DNA of 32,000 nucleotides from Rhodobacter capsulatus SB 1003. GTDB taxonomy: Bacteria; Pseudomonadota; Alphaproteobacteria; Rhodobacterales; Rhodobacteraceae. Numbering within the stretch: position 1 is the first letter of the stretch; every line of letters starts with the position of its first letter. This document shows positions 15,266 through 22,882 of the stretch, in pieces. The translations under genes and the position numbers were made by a program. Below the pieces are notes generated by a model that was not told the DNA's origin, made no database searches, and saw only the letters and a list, made by a program, of their open reading frames with translations. Location of the stretch: assembly GCF_000021865.1 (NCBI RefSeq), contig NC_014035.1, positions 100,963-132,962 on the forward strand, read 5' to 3'.

Positions 15266-16504
15266 TCAGCCGTCGGGATCCGCCTTCACGAAGCGGCTCA
15301 TGGCGCTGCCGATGTCTTCGGACAGCCGCAGGATGGTCTCCAGCCGGGCCTTGATCTCGGCGTGAAACAGATCGAGCTGATCGATCGTCGAGACCAGACC
15401 GGCGCCGTTTTCGCGCAACCGGCCGCATTCGACGCGCCCCATCACCCGGATCGTGTCCAGACCCAGCATCAGCCGCCGGATCTCCGCGCTGGATCGGGCC
15501 AGCTCCTCGGCATGGCCGACCGCAGTCGTCAGCGCGGCATGGCTGTCGCGCCGGGTGGCGCCGCGTGCCTCGGCCAGTTTCGCGGCCTCGGTCTGCCAGT
15601 CCAGCCCGGGAACCGGCTCGGCCTGCCGGAAGGTCGCGATCATTTCCGCCATCACCCGATTGGCCCCCAGCAGGAAAAGCGCCCGCGCCACCTCGCGCGA
15701 GACGCGGTCGCACAGATTCTCCCGGCCGCTGACGAAACTGCGCAGCCGGTCCGAGATCACCAGGCTCGAGGCGCGGTAATTCTCGGAGATCGCCGAAACC
15801 GGCCCGCCCGAGGGTTCCAGCCGCGAGGCGACAAGGCGCATGTTGTTCGGGATCGACTGCAGCGATTCGAAACTGCGCAACAGCTTCTTCTGTTCCTGCG
15901 TCACCCGTTCGAGGGCCTCGTTCATCTCGATCAGCCGCCGGGTGCGCGGGTCTTCCGGGCGGCCAAGCCGATGGTCGCGCGCGGCCAGTTCCTGCCCCAA
16001 AGCGCTGGCCATGAAGGTGGTGTAGCTGGTGAATCCCGCCTCGGTGATGATCGTCCAGAGCCTGCGCGCGCTGTCGCCGGGATCCAGTCGCTCGGCGCGT
16101 TCGCGGGCCGCAAGCTCGGCATAGACCTTGCGGATCTGCGCGAAAAGCGGCGTCGAGGGCTTGAGACGGACCGACAGGAACCCGCCCTCGGTGGGCAGGA
16201 TCACCGCGAAGACCCAGTAGAAATCGCCATTGCGGGCGCGGTTCTTGACATAGCCGCCCATCGGAAAGCCGTTGCCAAGCGCATCCCACAGGATGCGAAA
16301 CACCGCACGGGGGGTGTCGGGGTGGCGGATGATCTTGTGCGGCGCGCCCAGAAGCTCTGACCAGGCGAAGCCGGAGACATTCTGGAAGACATCGTTGCCT
16401 GCCAGAATGACCCCGCGCGGATCGGTCCGCGAAAAGAAAAGATCGTCGAGTCGAAAATTGACCTCGCCCTCGGGCTGGCCGGAGAGATCGCGCTGATGAG
16501 TCAT
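15266..16504 (-). CDS. Soluble Aer-type PAS sensor protein with a degenerate MCP-signalling-like helical C-terminal region
   Basis: The N-terminus matches the Aer PAS domain (FFSRTDPRGVILAGNDVFQNVSGF...LLGAPHKIIRHPDTPRAVF..LW..L..G.P..GYVKNRARNGDFYWV). No TM segment is present. The C-terminus has two segments that only faintly resemble the MCP hairpin tip: IPNNMRLVASRLEPSGGPVSAISEN and IRVMGRVECGRLRENGAGLVSTIDQ. Confidence 0.75.
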   Translation of the reverse strand: MTHQRDLSGQPEGEVNFRLDDLFFSRTDPRGVILAGNDVFQNVSGFAWSELLGAPHKIIRHPDTPRAVFRILWDALGNGFPMGGYVKNRARNGDFYWVFAVILPTEGGFLSVRLKPSTPLFAQIRKVYAELAARERAERLDPGDSARRLWTIITEAGFTSYTTFMASALGQELAARDHRLGRPEDPRTRRLIEMNEALERVTQEQKKLLRSFESLQSIPNNMRLVASRLEPSGGPVSAISENYRASSLVISDRLRSFVSGRENLCDRVSREVARALFLLGANRVMAEMIATFRQAEPVPGLDWQTEAAKLAEARGATRRDSHAALTTAVGHAEELARSSAEIRRLMLGLDTIRVMGRVECGRLRENGAGLVSTIDQLDLFHAEIKARLETILRLSEDIGSAMSRFVKADPDG

Positions 16505-16602
16505 GAGCTTTCTCGCTGAAATTTTCGCAAGCTTATCGTCAGCGGTCTTAACGGCTGATTTACGGCGGCTGAAAAAATCGCTTTGCCGGGGTAGGGGGGC
16601 GA

Positions 16603-17967
16603 TCAGGCGATCCCGGCCAGATGCGCCAGAACGCCAAGACCGGCCGACCCGGCCAGCACCGCCGCCATGCCCCAGCCGCGCCGGAACAGCGCCCAGACCG
16701 CGACGGCGGCAATTCCGGTTGCGGGCAGATCAAGCGTGGCCATCTGCGGCAGATCAAGGCTGACCGGCCCAAGGCTGATCCGCGTGACCCCGCGCCAGAG
16801 CAGATGCAGCGCAAACCACAGCGCCAGATTGGCGATCACCCCCACCACCGCCGCGGTGACCGCCGAAAGCGCCGCGCCAAGGGCACGGTTGGCGCGCAGC
16901 CGCTCGATGAAAGGCGCCCCAAGGAAAATCCAGGCAAAACAGGGGGCAAAGGTGACCCAGCTGGCCAGAAGCCCGCCCAGACTGCCCGCCAGCAGCGGCG
17001 CCTCCCAGCCCGCGGCGCGAAAGGCCGCCATGAAGCCGACGAATTGCAGCACCATGATCAGCGGCCCGGGCGTCGTTTCCGCCATGCCCAGCCCGTCCAG
17101 CATCTCGGTCGGCCGCAGCCAGCCGAAATCGGTCACCGCCGCCTGCGCCACCCAGGCCAGCACCGCATAGGCGCCGCCAAAGGTCAGCACGGCAAGTTTC
17201 GAAAAGAAAAGCGCGATCGCGGTGAAGACACTCTCGGGTGCAAGCAGCCAAAGCGCCGCCACCGGCAGCAGCCACAGCATCAGCGCCACGGCGCCCGCCC
17301 TCAGCGCGGCGCGGCGCTCGGCTCCGGTCGGGTCGCCGTGCTCCTCGCCCAGAAGCGTTTCGGCATCGGGGGTCGCAGGGCCGCCCGCCGCGCCATGCCC
17401 GCCGGGCGCAAAGGCCGCGGGCGCGATCAGGCCGCCAAGCACGCCGATCAGCGCCGCCGCCGCCACGATCAGCGGGAACGGCAGGGCCAATGCGAAAAGC
17501 CCGACAAAGGCCGCCACCGCCAGCGCCCGTTGCGCCCGGGTTTTCAGCGCGCGTTTCGCCAGCCGCAGCACCGCCTGCGCGACGATCGCCAGCACCCCGG
17601 CCTTGAGCCCGAAGAAAAGGCCCGCGACCAGCCCGCCCCCGCCCCAAAGCGCATAGATCCAGCTGAGCGTCATCAGCGCGGCCACACCGGGCGCGAGGAA
17701 CAAAAGCCCCGCCAGAACCGCGCCGCGCACCCCATGCAGCAGCCAGCCGACATAGGTGGCCAGCTGCATCGCCTCGGGACCGGGCAAGAGCATGCAGAAG
17801 TTCAGCGCATGCAGGAAACGGGCGTCGCCGAGCCAGCGTTTTTCCTCGACAAGGATGCGGTGCATCACCGCGATCTGCCCCGCCGGTCCGCCAAAGGACA
17901 GGCCCGCGATCCGCGCCCAGACGCGCGCGGCTTCGCCCAGACCGGGCCTTTCGATGCTGCCGCTCAT
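16603..17967 (-). CDS. chrA: Chromate ion transporter ChrA (CHR family, duplicated domain)
   Basis: 454-aa polytopic protein with the characteristic ChrA N-terminus ...GLSFGGPAGQIAVMH..LVE.KRWL....F..ALNFCMLLPGPEA.QLA. Confidence 0.9.
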   Translation of the reverse strand: MSGSIERPGLGEAARVWARIAGLSFGGPAGQIAVMHRILVEEKRWLGDARFLHALNFCMLLPGPEAMQLATYVGWLLHGVRGAVLAGLLFLAPGVAALMTLSWIYALWGGGGLVAGLFFGLKAGVLAIVAQAVLRLAKRALKTRAQRALAVAAFVGLFALALPFPLIVAAAALIGVLGGLIAPAAFAPGGHGAAGGPATPDAETLLGEEHGDPTGAERRAALRAGAVALMLWLLPVAALWLLAPESVFTAIALFFSKLAVLTFGGAYAVLAWVAQAAVTDFGWLRPTEMLDGLGMAETTPGPLIMVLQFVGFMAAFRAAGWEAPLLAGSLGGLLASWVTFAPCFAWIFLGAPFIERLRANRALGAALSAVTAAVVGVIANLALWFALHLLWRGVTRISLGPVSLDLPQMATLDLPATGIAAVAVWALFRRGWGMAAVLAGSAGLGVLAHLAGIA

Positions 17968-18185
17968 GGTGTCGCCCCGCCTGGCCGGTCCCGGTTGCCC
18001 CGTCGCGGGGCTTTCGGCGCACCATGCCCCGGCCCCTCCGGCCTGTCAAACCCGGCCCCGCCCGAGAGACAGCCGCCACGGGGGCGCTTTCGTCGGGCGG
18101 TCTGTCGTGGCAGGATGCCGCAAGGACCGCGGCTTTGCCGGACCAGCGGGGCAGGGGCCCTGCGTCTTTGAAAGGGCAGAAGAAA

Positions 18186-18995
18186 ATGGCTGACATGGCC
18201 CGAAAGGACTTCACCGCGGCGAACCGGGCGGCCTGGAACGCCTCGGCCCCCTTGCATGCACAGGGCGACCCCTGGGCGCAGCTTCTGGCCCGCGCGGGGG
18301 AGCCGGGCTTTTCCGTACTCGACCCCTGTCTGACCGCCGTTCTGCACCGGCTCGGGCTGGCGGGGAAATCCGCCGCGCAGATCGGCTGCAACAATGCCCG
18401 GGAGCTGCTGTCGCTGGCCTCGCTGGGCATCCGCCCGGCCTTGGGGATCGATCAGGCGGGGGCGTTCCTGGCCCAGGCCCGGCAGCTTGCCGAGGCCGCC
18501 GGTCTGGCGCCGCGGCTGGTCGAGGCGGATATCTACGACCTGCCGCCGGATCTTGGCCAGGTCGATCTTGCGCTGATCACCATCGGCGTTCTCAACTGGA
18601 TGCCCGACCTGCCCGCGTTCTTCCGCGTCACCTCCGGGTTGCTGGCGCCCGGGGGCGTTCTGGTGATCTATGAAACGCATCCGTTTCTCGAGCAGTTCGA
18701 CCCGGCCGCCGCCACCCCCTTTGAACCGGCGTTCAGCTATTTCGAGCGCCGCCCGCAGCTGGTGACCGAGGCGATCAGCTATGACGGCAAGGACCACGGC
18801 AAGGGCGAAACCGGCTATTGGTTCCTGCATCCGCTGGGCGAGATCGTGACCGCCTGCGTGCGATCGGGGCTTGCGATCGAGGAGCTGACGGAATTCGGGC
18901 ACAGCATCCGGGAACCGGAATATGACCTTTACGAAGGCCGGGCCGCGCAGATCCCGATGAGCTACTGCCTGATCGCCCGCAAGCCGCCCGCGTGA
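18186..18995 (+). CDS. Class I SAM-dependent methyltransferase
   Basis: Rossmann-fold methyltransferase layout: AAQIGCNNARELLSLA (motif I variant), LVEADIYDLP, DLALITIGVLNWMPD, LAPGGVLVIYE. ATG at 18186 is preceded by AAGGG. The Arg/Pro-rich upstream extension of the ORF is rejected. Confidence 0.8.
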   Translation: MADMARKDFTAANRAAWNASAPLHAQGDPWAQLLARAGEPGFSVLDPCLTAVLHRLGLAGKSAAQIGCNNARELLSLASLGIRPALGIDQAGAFLAQARQLAEAAGLAPRLVEADIYDLPPDLGQVDLALITIGVLNWMPDLPAFFRVTSGLLAPGGVLVIYETHPFLEQFDPAAATPFEPAFSYFERRPQLVTEAISYDGKDHGKGETGYWFLHPLGEIVTACVRSGLAIEELTEFGHSIREPEYDLYEGRAAQIPMSYCLIARKPPA

Positions 18996-18998
18996 CTT

Positions 18999-19613
18999 TC
19001 AGCGCGCGGCCCGCAGCTTCACCCGCACGACCTTGCCCAGCCGCACGCAGACGAAATCAAGCCGAATGTGGGGGGCACCGCGTTCGAATTCGTGAACGAC
19101 GATGCTTGGCGCGTCCTGAAAGTCCGCAAGACGAATGTTGCCTTGCGCAAGCCGTCTTTTGCCGACCAGAACCCGCACCCGGGAGCCGGTCATCTGGTTG
19201 CGCAGCACGAGCAGGTGGTTGCGCCCCCGGTCCTCGATGTCGTCGAGGTCATAGATCTTGAGCAGCGCCCCGGATCGGTCGCGAAACACGCGCGCGCGGC
19301 CGGACGGGACACGCTTGACCCGGACCGACTGCTGATAATCGTCCGTGCACGCGTGCTTCGGCCAGGGCCAGCCGACATCGTCGAACAAGACCCGCCCCCC
19401 GTGTCGGCTTTGGTAAAAATACACCCGCGCGCCGCAGACCGGGCAGGAGGCGTTCGGATCAAGGTAACAGTCCTGCGTCCAGCCCTCACGGGGGACCGGC
19501 TCGGTGACACGTTCCAAGCCGTCACAAAGCCCGCCGCCGATGTGAAGCGGCCTGAGCACGCCATCGACATAGCGAAACGCGATCTCGCCGCCGCATTTGT
19601 CACAGATTGCCAC
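18999..19613 (-). CDS. Hypothetical protein with two tandem CxxC...H..C zinc-ribbon-like units and an unassigned C-terminal domain
   Basis: CDKCGGEIAFRY...PLHIGGGLC and CPVCGARVYFYQ...GWPWPKHAC. GTG at 19613 is preceded by GAGGAAGG with an 8-nt spacer. The longer 328-aa ORF runs antisense through the antitoxin gene and is Arg/Ser/Cys-rich. Confidence 0.55.
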   Translation of the reverse strand: MAICDKCGGEIAFRYVDGVLRPLHIGGGLCDGLERVTEPVPREGWTQDCYLDPNASCPVCGARVYFYQSRHGGRVLFDDVGWPWPKHACTDDYQQSVRVKRVPSGRARVFRDRSGALLKIYDLDDIEDRGRNHLLVLRNQMTGSRVRVLVGKRRLAQGNIRLADFQDAPSIVVHEFERGAPHIRLDFVCVRLGKVVRVKLRAAR

Positions 19614-19795
19614 CTCGGGCGCCTTCCTCTGCTCGCAGCATCCCCTCACAGATCCGAGACATAACCCTCCCCGGCCGCGTTGACGACATAGGTGCTGCGG
19701 ACAGGAAAGACGACCCGCAAGGAACATCCGCCCGGCAAGGCACCGACCGCTTCGGGTGAATGCGCCGCTTTCGAAGGACTTTCCCGACCGAACTC

Positions 19796-19824
19796 TTGAT
19801 TTGTACGTCCATTTGGCGTACATG
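19796..19824 (+). promoter_or_regulatory. Candidate toxin-antitoxin promoter with an embedded dyad operator
   Basis: TTGATT (19796-19801), a 17-nt spacer, then TACATG. The spacer carries TGTACG-N9-CGTACA (19802-19822). This is the usual layout for antitoxin autoregulation. The -10 element is weak. Confidence 0.35.
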
Positions 19825-19848
19825 ATGGCTGCGACACAGGAGGCGGCC

Positions 19849-20157
19849 ATGCTTGGTTTCCACGACAGCACGCGCGCGATCGATGAGCGGAACGAGGCCC
19901 GGATGAATTTCCGGACGAAGCCGCGCATCAAGGCCGCGATCCAGCAGGCGGCGGCGCTTTCTGGCGTCGACGATTCCGTCTTCACGATGAATGCCGCCTA
20001 TCAGGCCGCGCTGGCAACGATTGCCGCGCATGAACGCACAATGCTGCAGCCGGTCGATCATGACGCGTTTTTCGCGGCACTCGATGCTCCGGCCGCGCCG
20101 ACAGACACCCTGCGCGCGGCCTTCCGTCGGCATGGCAAAACGGTCGTGTCGCAGTAG
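19849..20157 (+). CDS. DUF1778 (TacA/RHH-type) antitoxin of a GNAT toxin-antitoxin pair
   Basis: RMNFRTKPRIKAAIQQAAALSGVDDSVFTMNAAYQAA...DHDAFFAALDAPAAP fits the DUF1778 pattern. ATG at 19849 is preceded by AGGAGG with a 5-nt spacer. Its stop abuts the toxin ATG. Confidence 0.85.
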   Translation: MLGFHDSTRAIDERNEARMNFRTKPRIKAAIQQAAALSGVDDSVFTMNAAYQAALATIAAHERTMLQPVDHDAFFAALDAPAAPTDTLRAAFRRHGKTVVSQ

Positions 20158-20718
20158 ATGGCGGCATCGCAACCGGCCTTCTGCCGCATTGAGCCGTTCG
20201 ATCCGGAAAGACATGATCGGGCGGCTTTTTCTTGCGGCGTCAAACAGGTCGACACCTACTTTCAGAAGACGGCCAACAAGCTTGCCAAGGCGGACAATGT
20301 TCGTCTCTATGTGATGGTCGATCCGGGCGGCACGGTCATCGGCTTTTATGCTCTCAATGCGCATGCCGTTCACTTTGCGGATTTACCTGCAAAATTCGCG
20401 CGGACACGTCCGTCGCACGGCAACATCCCGGCGGCATATATCTCGATGATCGGGCGCGATCAGAGGGTCCGCGGGGGCGGCTATGGCGGCGATTTGCTTG
20501 TCGATGCGCTGCGCCGGATTGCGGTTGCCGCAGAGGCCATCGGCGTCGCGGTCGTCATGCTTGATGTGCTCGATTGTGGCGATCCCGCCCGCGTGGCCCG
20601 CCGCAAGGCGCTCTATGAAAGCTACGGCTTTCTGCCGCTCGCCTCGAACCCGCTGAGGATGTTCCTGCCCGTCAGCGTCGTTCGAACCCTTGTCGCGGAA
20701 GAGCCATCCGGCCGATGA
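20158..20718 (+). CDS. GNAT-family acetyltransferase toxin (TacT/AtaT/KacT type)
   Basis: N-terminal F.CG...VD.YF motif, GFYAL core and a GNAT acetyl-CoA region (RVRGGGYGGDLLVDAL). It starts immediately after the antitoxin stop (TAGATG). Confidence 0.85.
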   Translation: MAASQPAFCRIEPFDPERHDRAAFSCGVKQVDTYFQKTANKLAKADNVRLYVMVDPGGTVIGFYALNAHAVHFADLPAKFARTRPSHGNIPAAYISMIGRDQRVRGGGYGGDLLVDALRRIAVAAEAIGVAVVMLDVLDCGDPARVARRKALYESYGFLPLASNPLRMFLPVSVVRTLVAEEPSGR

Positions 20719-20800
20719 AGAACGCGGCCGGGCAGCGGTTGTTCTTTCGCGCGGATCGACGGTGCCCGATGTCGATCTGAAGGCGTGGGGCCGCTTTTGA

Positions 20801-21115
20801 CGGCGGTCGGGCCGGGATCGACGCTTTCGTCGCGAGCTCTACAAGATCGGGGTCAATGTGAACCAGATTGCGTCGGCGGCGAACCGGGGCAGGGTGTCGA
20901 TGGTCAAGGAGCAGTGGGCCGGACTCGACGCGTTGCGCCAGAGGTTGCCGGTGCTGCGCGCGACCCTGTCGCAGGTGATCAACGAGCGGCGTCGGAGGGG
21001 CGTGACGCTTTACCGGAAGTTTGTGGCAGAGCATCAGGGGCGCCAAATTGGCTACCCATGCTCTTCATCTGAGCTCCTCCCCGAAAATGGGACCGTGACG
21101 GAAGCTACGATCTGA
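20801..21115 (+). pseudogene. Remnant of a MobC-type mobilisation (relaxosome accessory) gene
   Basis: The frame reads ...FRRELYKIGVNVNQIASAANRG..., which is the MobC-family GxNxNQIAxxxN motif. It has no intact N-terminus: an in-frame stop lies at 20798, and possible frameshifted upstream pieces start at about 20722. The C-terminal tail runs into the IS junction. Confidence 0.45.
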
Positions 21116-21570
21116 AGTCAGCTGGTCTCCAAGCCCGGATCTCCCGTGTTTTCGCGTCGATGCCGATGTGGATCTTGCGCCAAACCCGGCGTTTGGTGCC
21201 CCCGTGCTTGCGGGCGTTCCATTCCCCTTCGCCCTCGACCTTGATCCCGGTGCTGTCCACCAGCAGGGGCCGCGGACCCTCCGAGCCGCGGTTTTGGATG
21301 TTGACCTTCAGGGTCTTCTGCCGAAGCGTCATCCCGAACCGGGGCTCCGCCCGATCAGGGCTGAAAACGGTCCACAGGACCGTTTTCCGGGCGCCCTTCA
21401 CCCTTCATCGTCAGGCAGGTCCGGCTGGCGGCGTCGCTGTCGTCGGGTTGCCGCCCGCGCTTGCCGGTCGGCACGGCGTCCCTGGTCAGGATTTGTGCAA
21501 CCGAGCCGCGCCACCCGACACGACAGCAGGGCATCCCTTTGCGCGCGAATGGCTGGTTCAATGGCGCGAA
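21105..21570 (-). mobile_element. Decayed, 3'-truncated IS5-family (IS903-like group) transposase gene
   Basis: Two frames carry N-terminal-half transposase sequence: VPTGKRGRQPDDSDAA..CLTMK and RQKTLKVNIQNRGSEGP..LLVDSTGIKVEGEGEWNARKHGGTKRRVWRKIHIGID. There is a frameshift and internal loss between them. The catalytic C-terminal half is absent and no inverted repeats were identified. Confidence 0.6.
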
Positions 21571-21602
21571 GACGTCTAAAAGCGGGCTCTGGCTGGATCT
21601 GA

Positions 21603-22766
21603 TTGCTGCGAGGCTGCTTGACCCGAACTCCCTTGACCCTGACCGGCAGCGCGCTTGCCGTCCTGCGAGCCCTTGTCGAACGGGGGCCATCGACCCGGCC
21701 ACAGCTGGGGCAGGATCTTGGCCTGTCGCGCCCCACCATGTCGGCTGCCATCGCCGAGTTGATCCAGGCGGGCCTGGTCGAGCCGATCGGCGCGGTTCAG
21801 GGCGGCATGGGCCGTCGGGCGGTGGAATATCGCGTCGCCACCCATGCCGGGCATGTGATCGCGGTCGATGCGGGATCGACGCATATCCGGCTGCGGCTCT
21901 CGACTCTGGACCGGCGGCTTCTGCATTCCAGCCTGCACCCGTTGCCGCAAAGCCAATATGCGCTGACGCCGCAGATCAGCGCCGTCGTGGCCGCCGCCGT
22001 GGCCGAGGCTTTGGCGCGGACCGAGGCCGACTGGGGCCCCTTGCAGGCGATGGTCATCGCCGTTCCGACCCGCGTCGTCGGGCCCGAGGGCGATACCGCC
22101 GCGACCGATCAGGAGGTGATCTACAGCAATTTCACCCCGCCGCCGCAGGTGGAATGCACACTGGTGAACAACGTCAACTGCGCGGCCGTGGCAGAATATC
22201 ACTATGGCGCGGCGCAGGGACGGCAGACCTTCGCCTTTCTGCAGGTCGGGGTGAAGATCGGTCTGGGGCTGATGCTGAACGGGCAGATCCTGCGCGGCGT
22301 CAATGGCGCGGCGGGGGAAATCGGTCATATCTCCTTTCCTTTCGCGCCGGGCCTGACACCGCAACGCGGCGAGGCAGAGCGCTATCTGGGCACCGAGGCT
22401 TTCATGGCCCGGGTCCGCGCCGGCTGGCCCGCCGATGCCGGCCCGCCGCCCCGGGACACCTATGAGCTTCTGGCCCGGGCGGGGACGGGCGATGCCACCG
22501 CGCTGGCCCATGTCGAGGAACATGCCGCCCAGATCGGCGCGGTGATCGCGATCTGCGTCAGCGTGATCGACCCCGGGCTGGTGGTGCTGGGGGGCGGCTA
22601 TGGCGCCTCGCCGCTGCTGCGCCCCAAGGTCGAAGAGGTGGTCCGCCGCCTCGCCTTCCCGGCCGAAATCACCACGAGCACGCTCGCCGCCGAGGCGACG
22701 GTTCTGGGCGCCGAACGTCTGGCCGTCGAGCGCGCCGTCTCGGCCCTGCTCGGCCTGCCCTGCTGA
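21603..22766 (+). CDS. ROK-family transcriptional regulator (NagC/Mlc-like repressor)
   Basis: N-terminal winged HTH (RPQLGQDLGLSRPTMSAAIAELIQAGLV) followed by a ROK sugar-kinase-like fold (VIAVDAGSTHIRL, VNNVNCAAVAE, GAAGEIGH). The start is uncertain, with TTG candidates at 21603, 21618 and 21633. Confidence 0.85.
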   Translation: MLRGCLTRTPLTLTGSALAVLRALVERGPSTRPQLGQDLGLSRPTMSAAIAELIQAGLVEPIGAVQGGMGRRAVEYRVATHAGHVIAVDAGSTHIRLRLSTLDRRLLHSSLHPLPQSQYALTPQISAVVAAAVAEALARTEADWGPLQAMVIAVPTRVVGPEGDTAATDQEVIYSNFTPPPQVECTLVNNVNCAAVAEYHYGAAQGRQTFAFLQVGVKIGLGLMLNGQILRGVNGAAGEIGHISFPFAPGLTPQRGEAERYLGTEAFMARVRAGWPADAGPPPRDTYELLARAGTGDATALAHVEEHAAQIGAVIAICVSVIDPGLVVLGGGYGASPLLRPKVEEVVRRLAFPAEITTSTLAAEATVLGAERLAVERAVSALLGLPC

Positions 22767-22792
22767 AACTTTCATCCCGCGCGCACAATAAA

Positions 22793-22861
22793 AAGCTTGC
22801 TCGGTCGACTTTGTTTGTTAAGCTGCCTAACTATGTAGTCGACCACCCGAAGGAGTCGACA
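22793..22861 (+). promoter_or_regulatory. AT-rich promoter region with three GTCGAC-centred boxes (candidate ROK operator)
   Basis: GGTCGACT (22803-10) and AGTCGACC (22837-44) are a perfect 8-bp inverted repeat 26 nt apart. A third copy, AGTCGACA, lies at 22854-61. The surrounding sequence (ACAATAAAAAGCTTGC...TTTGTTTGTTAAGC) is unusually AT-rich for this DNA. Confidence 0.4.
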
Positions 22862-22882
22862 CGGTCACGACGGGAGAGAAAG

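Noticed and set aside
15266-16504. Calling the PAS protein a genuine methyl-accepting chemotaxis protein or Aer
   Set aside because: The highly conserved signalling-tip sequence (QTNLLALNAAIEAARAGE.GRGFAVVA) is not present; only faint pattern similarity remains. There is no TM or HAMP region.
16621-18430. 516-aa (+) and 558-aa (-) ORFs overlapping chrA
   Set aside because: These are alternative frames of the chrA region. Only the 16603-17967 frame gives a hydrophobic CHR-family protein.
18999-19985. Full 328-aa version of the zinc-ribbon ORF
   Set aside because: The N-terminal 124 codons are Arg/Ser/Cys-rich and their 5' part runs antisense through the antitoxin gene (19849-19985). An internal GTG at 19613 has a good GAGGAAGG RBS.
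20785-21072. 95-aa plus-strand ORF and 124-aa minus-strand ORF (20672-21046) in the mobC remnant region
   Set aside because: No motifs. Only the frame containing GVNVNQIASAANRG shows family-level similarity.
22811-22882. Upstream start for the SBP gene (MFVKLPNYVVDH...)
   Set aside because: This extension lies in the AT-rich promoter/operator region. The signal peptide begins at the ATG at 22883, which has its own GGGAGAG RBS.
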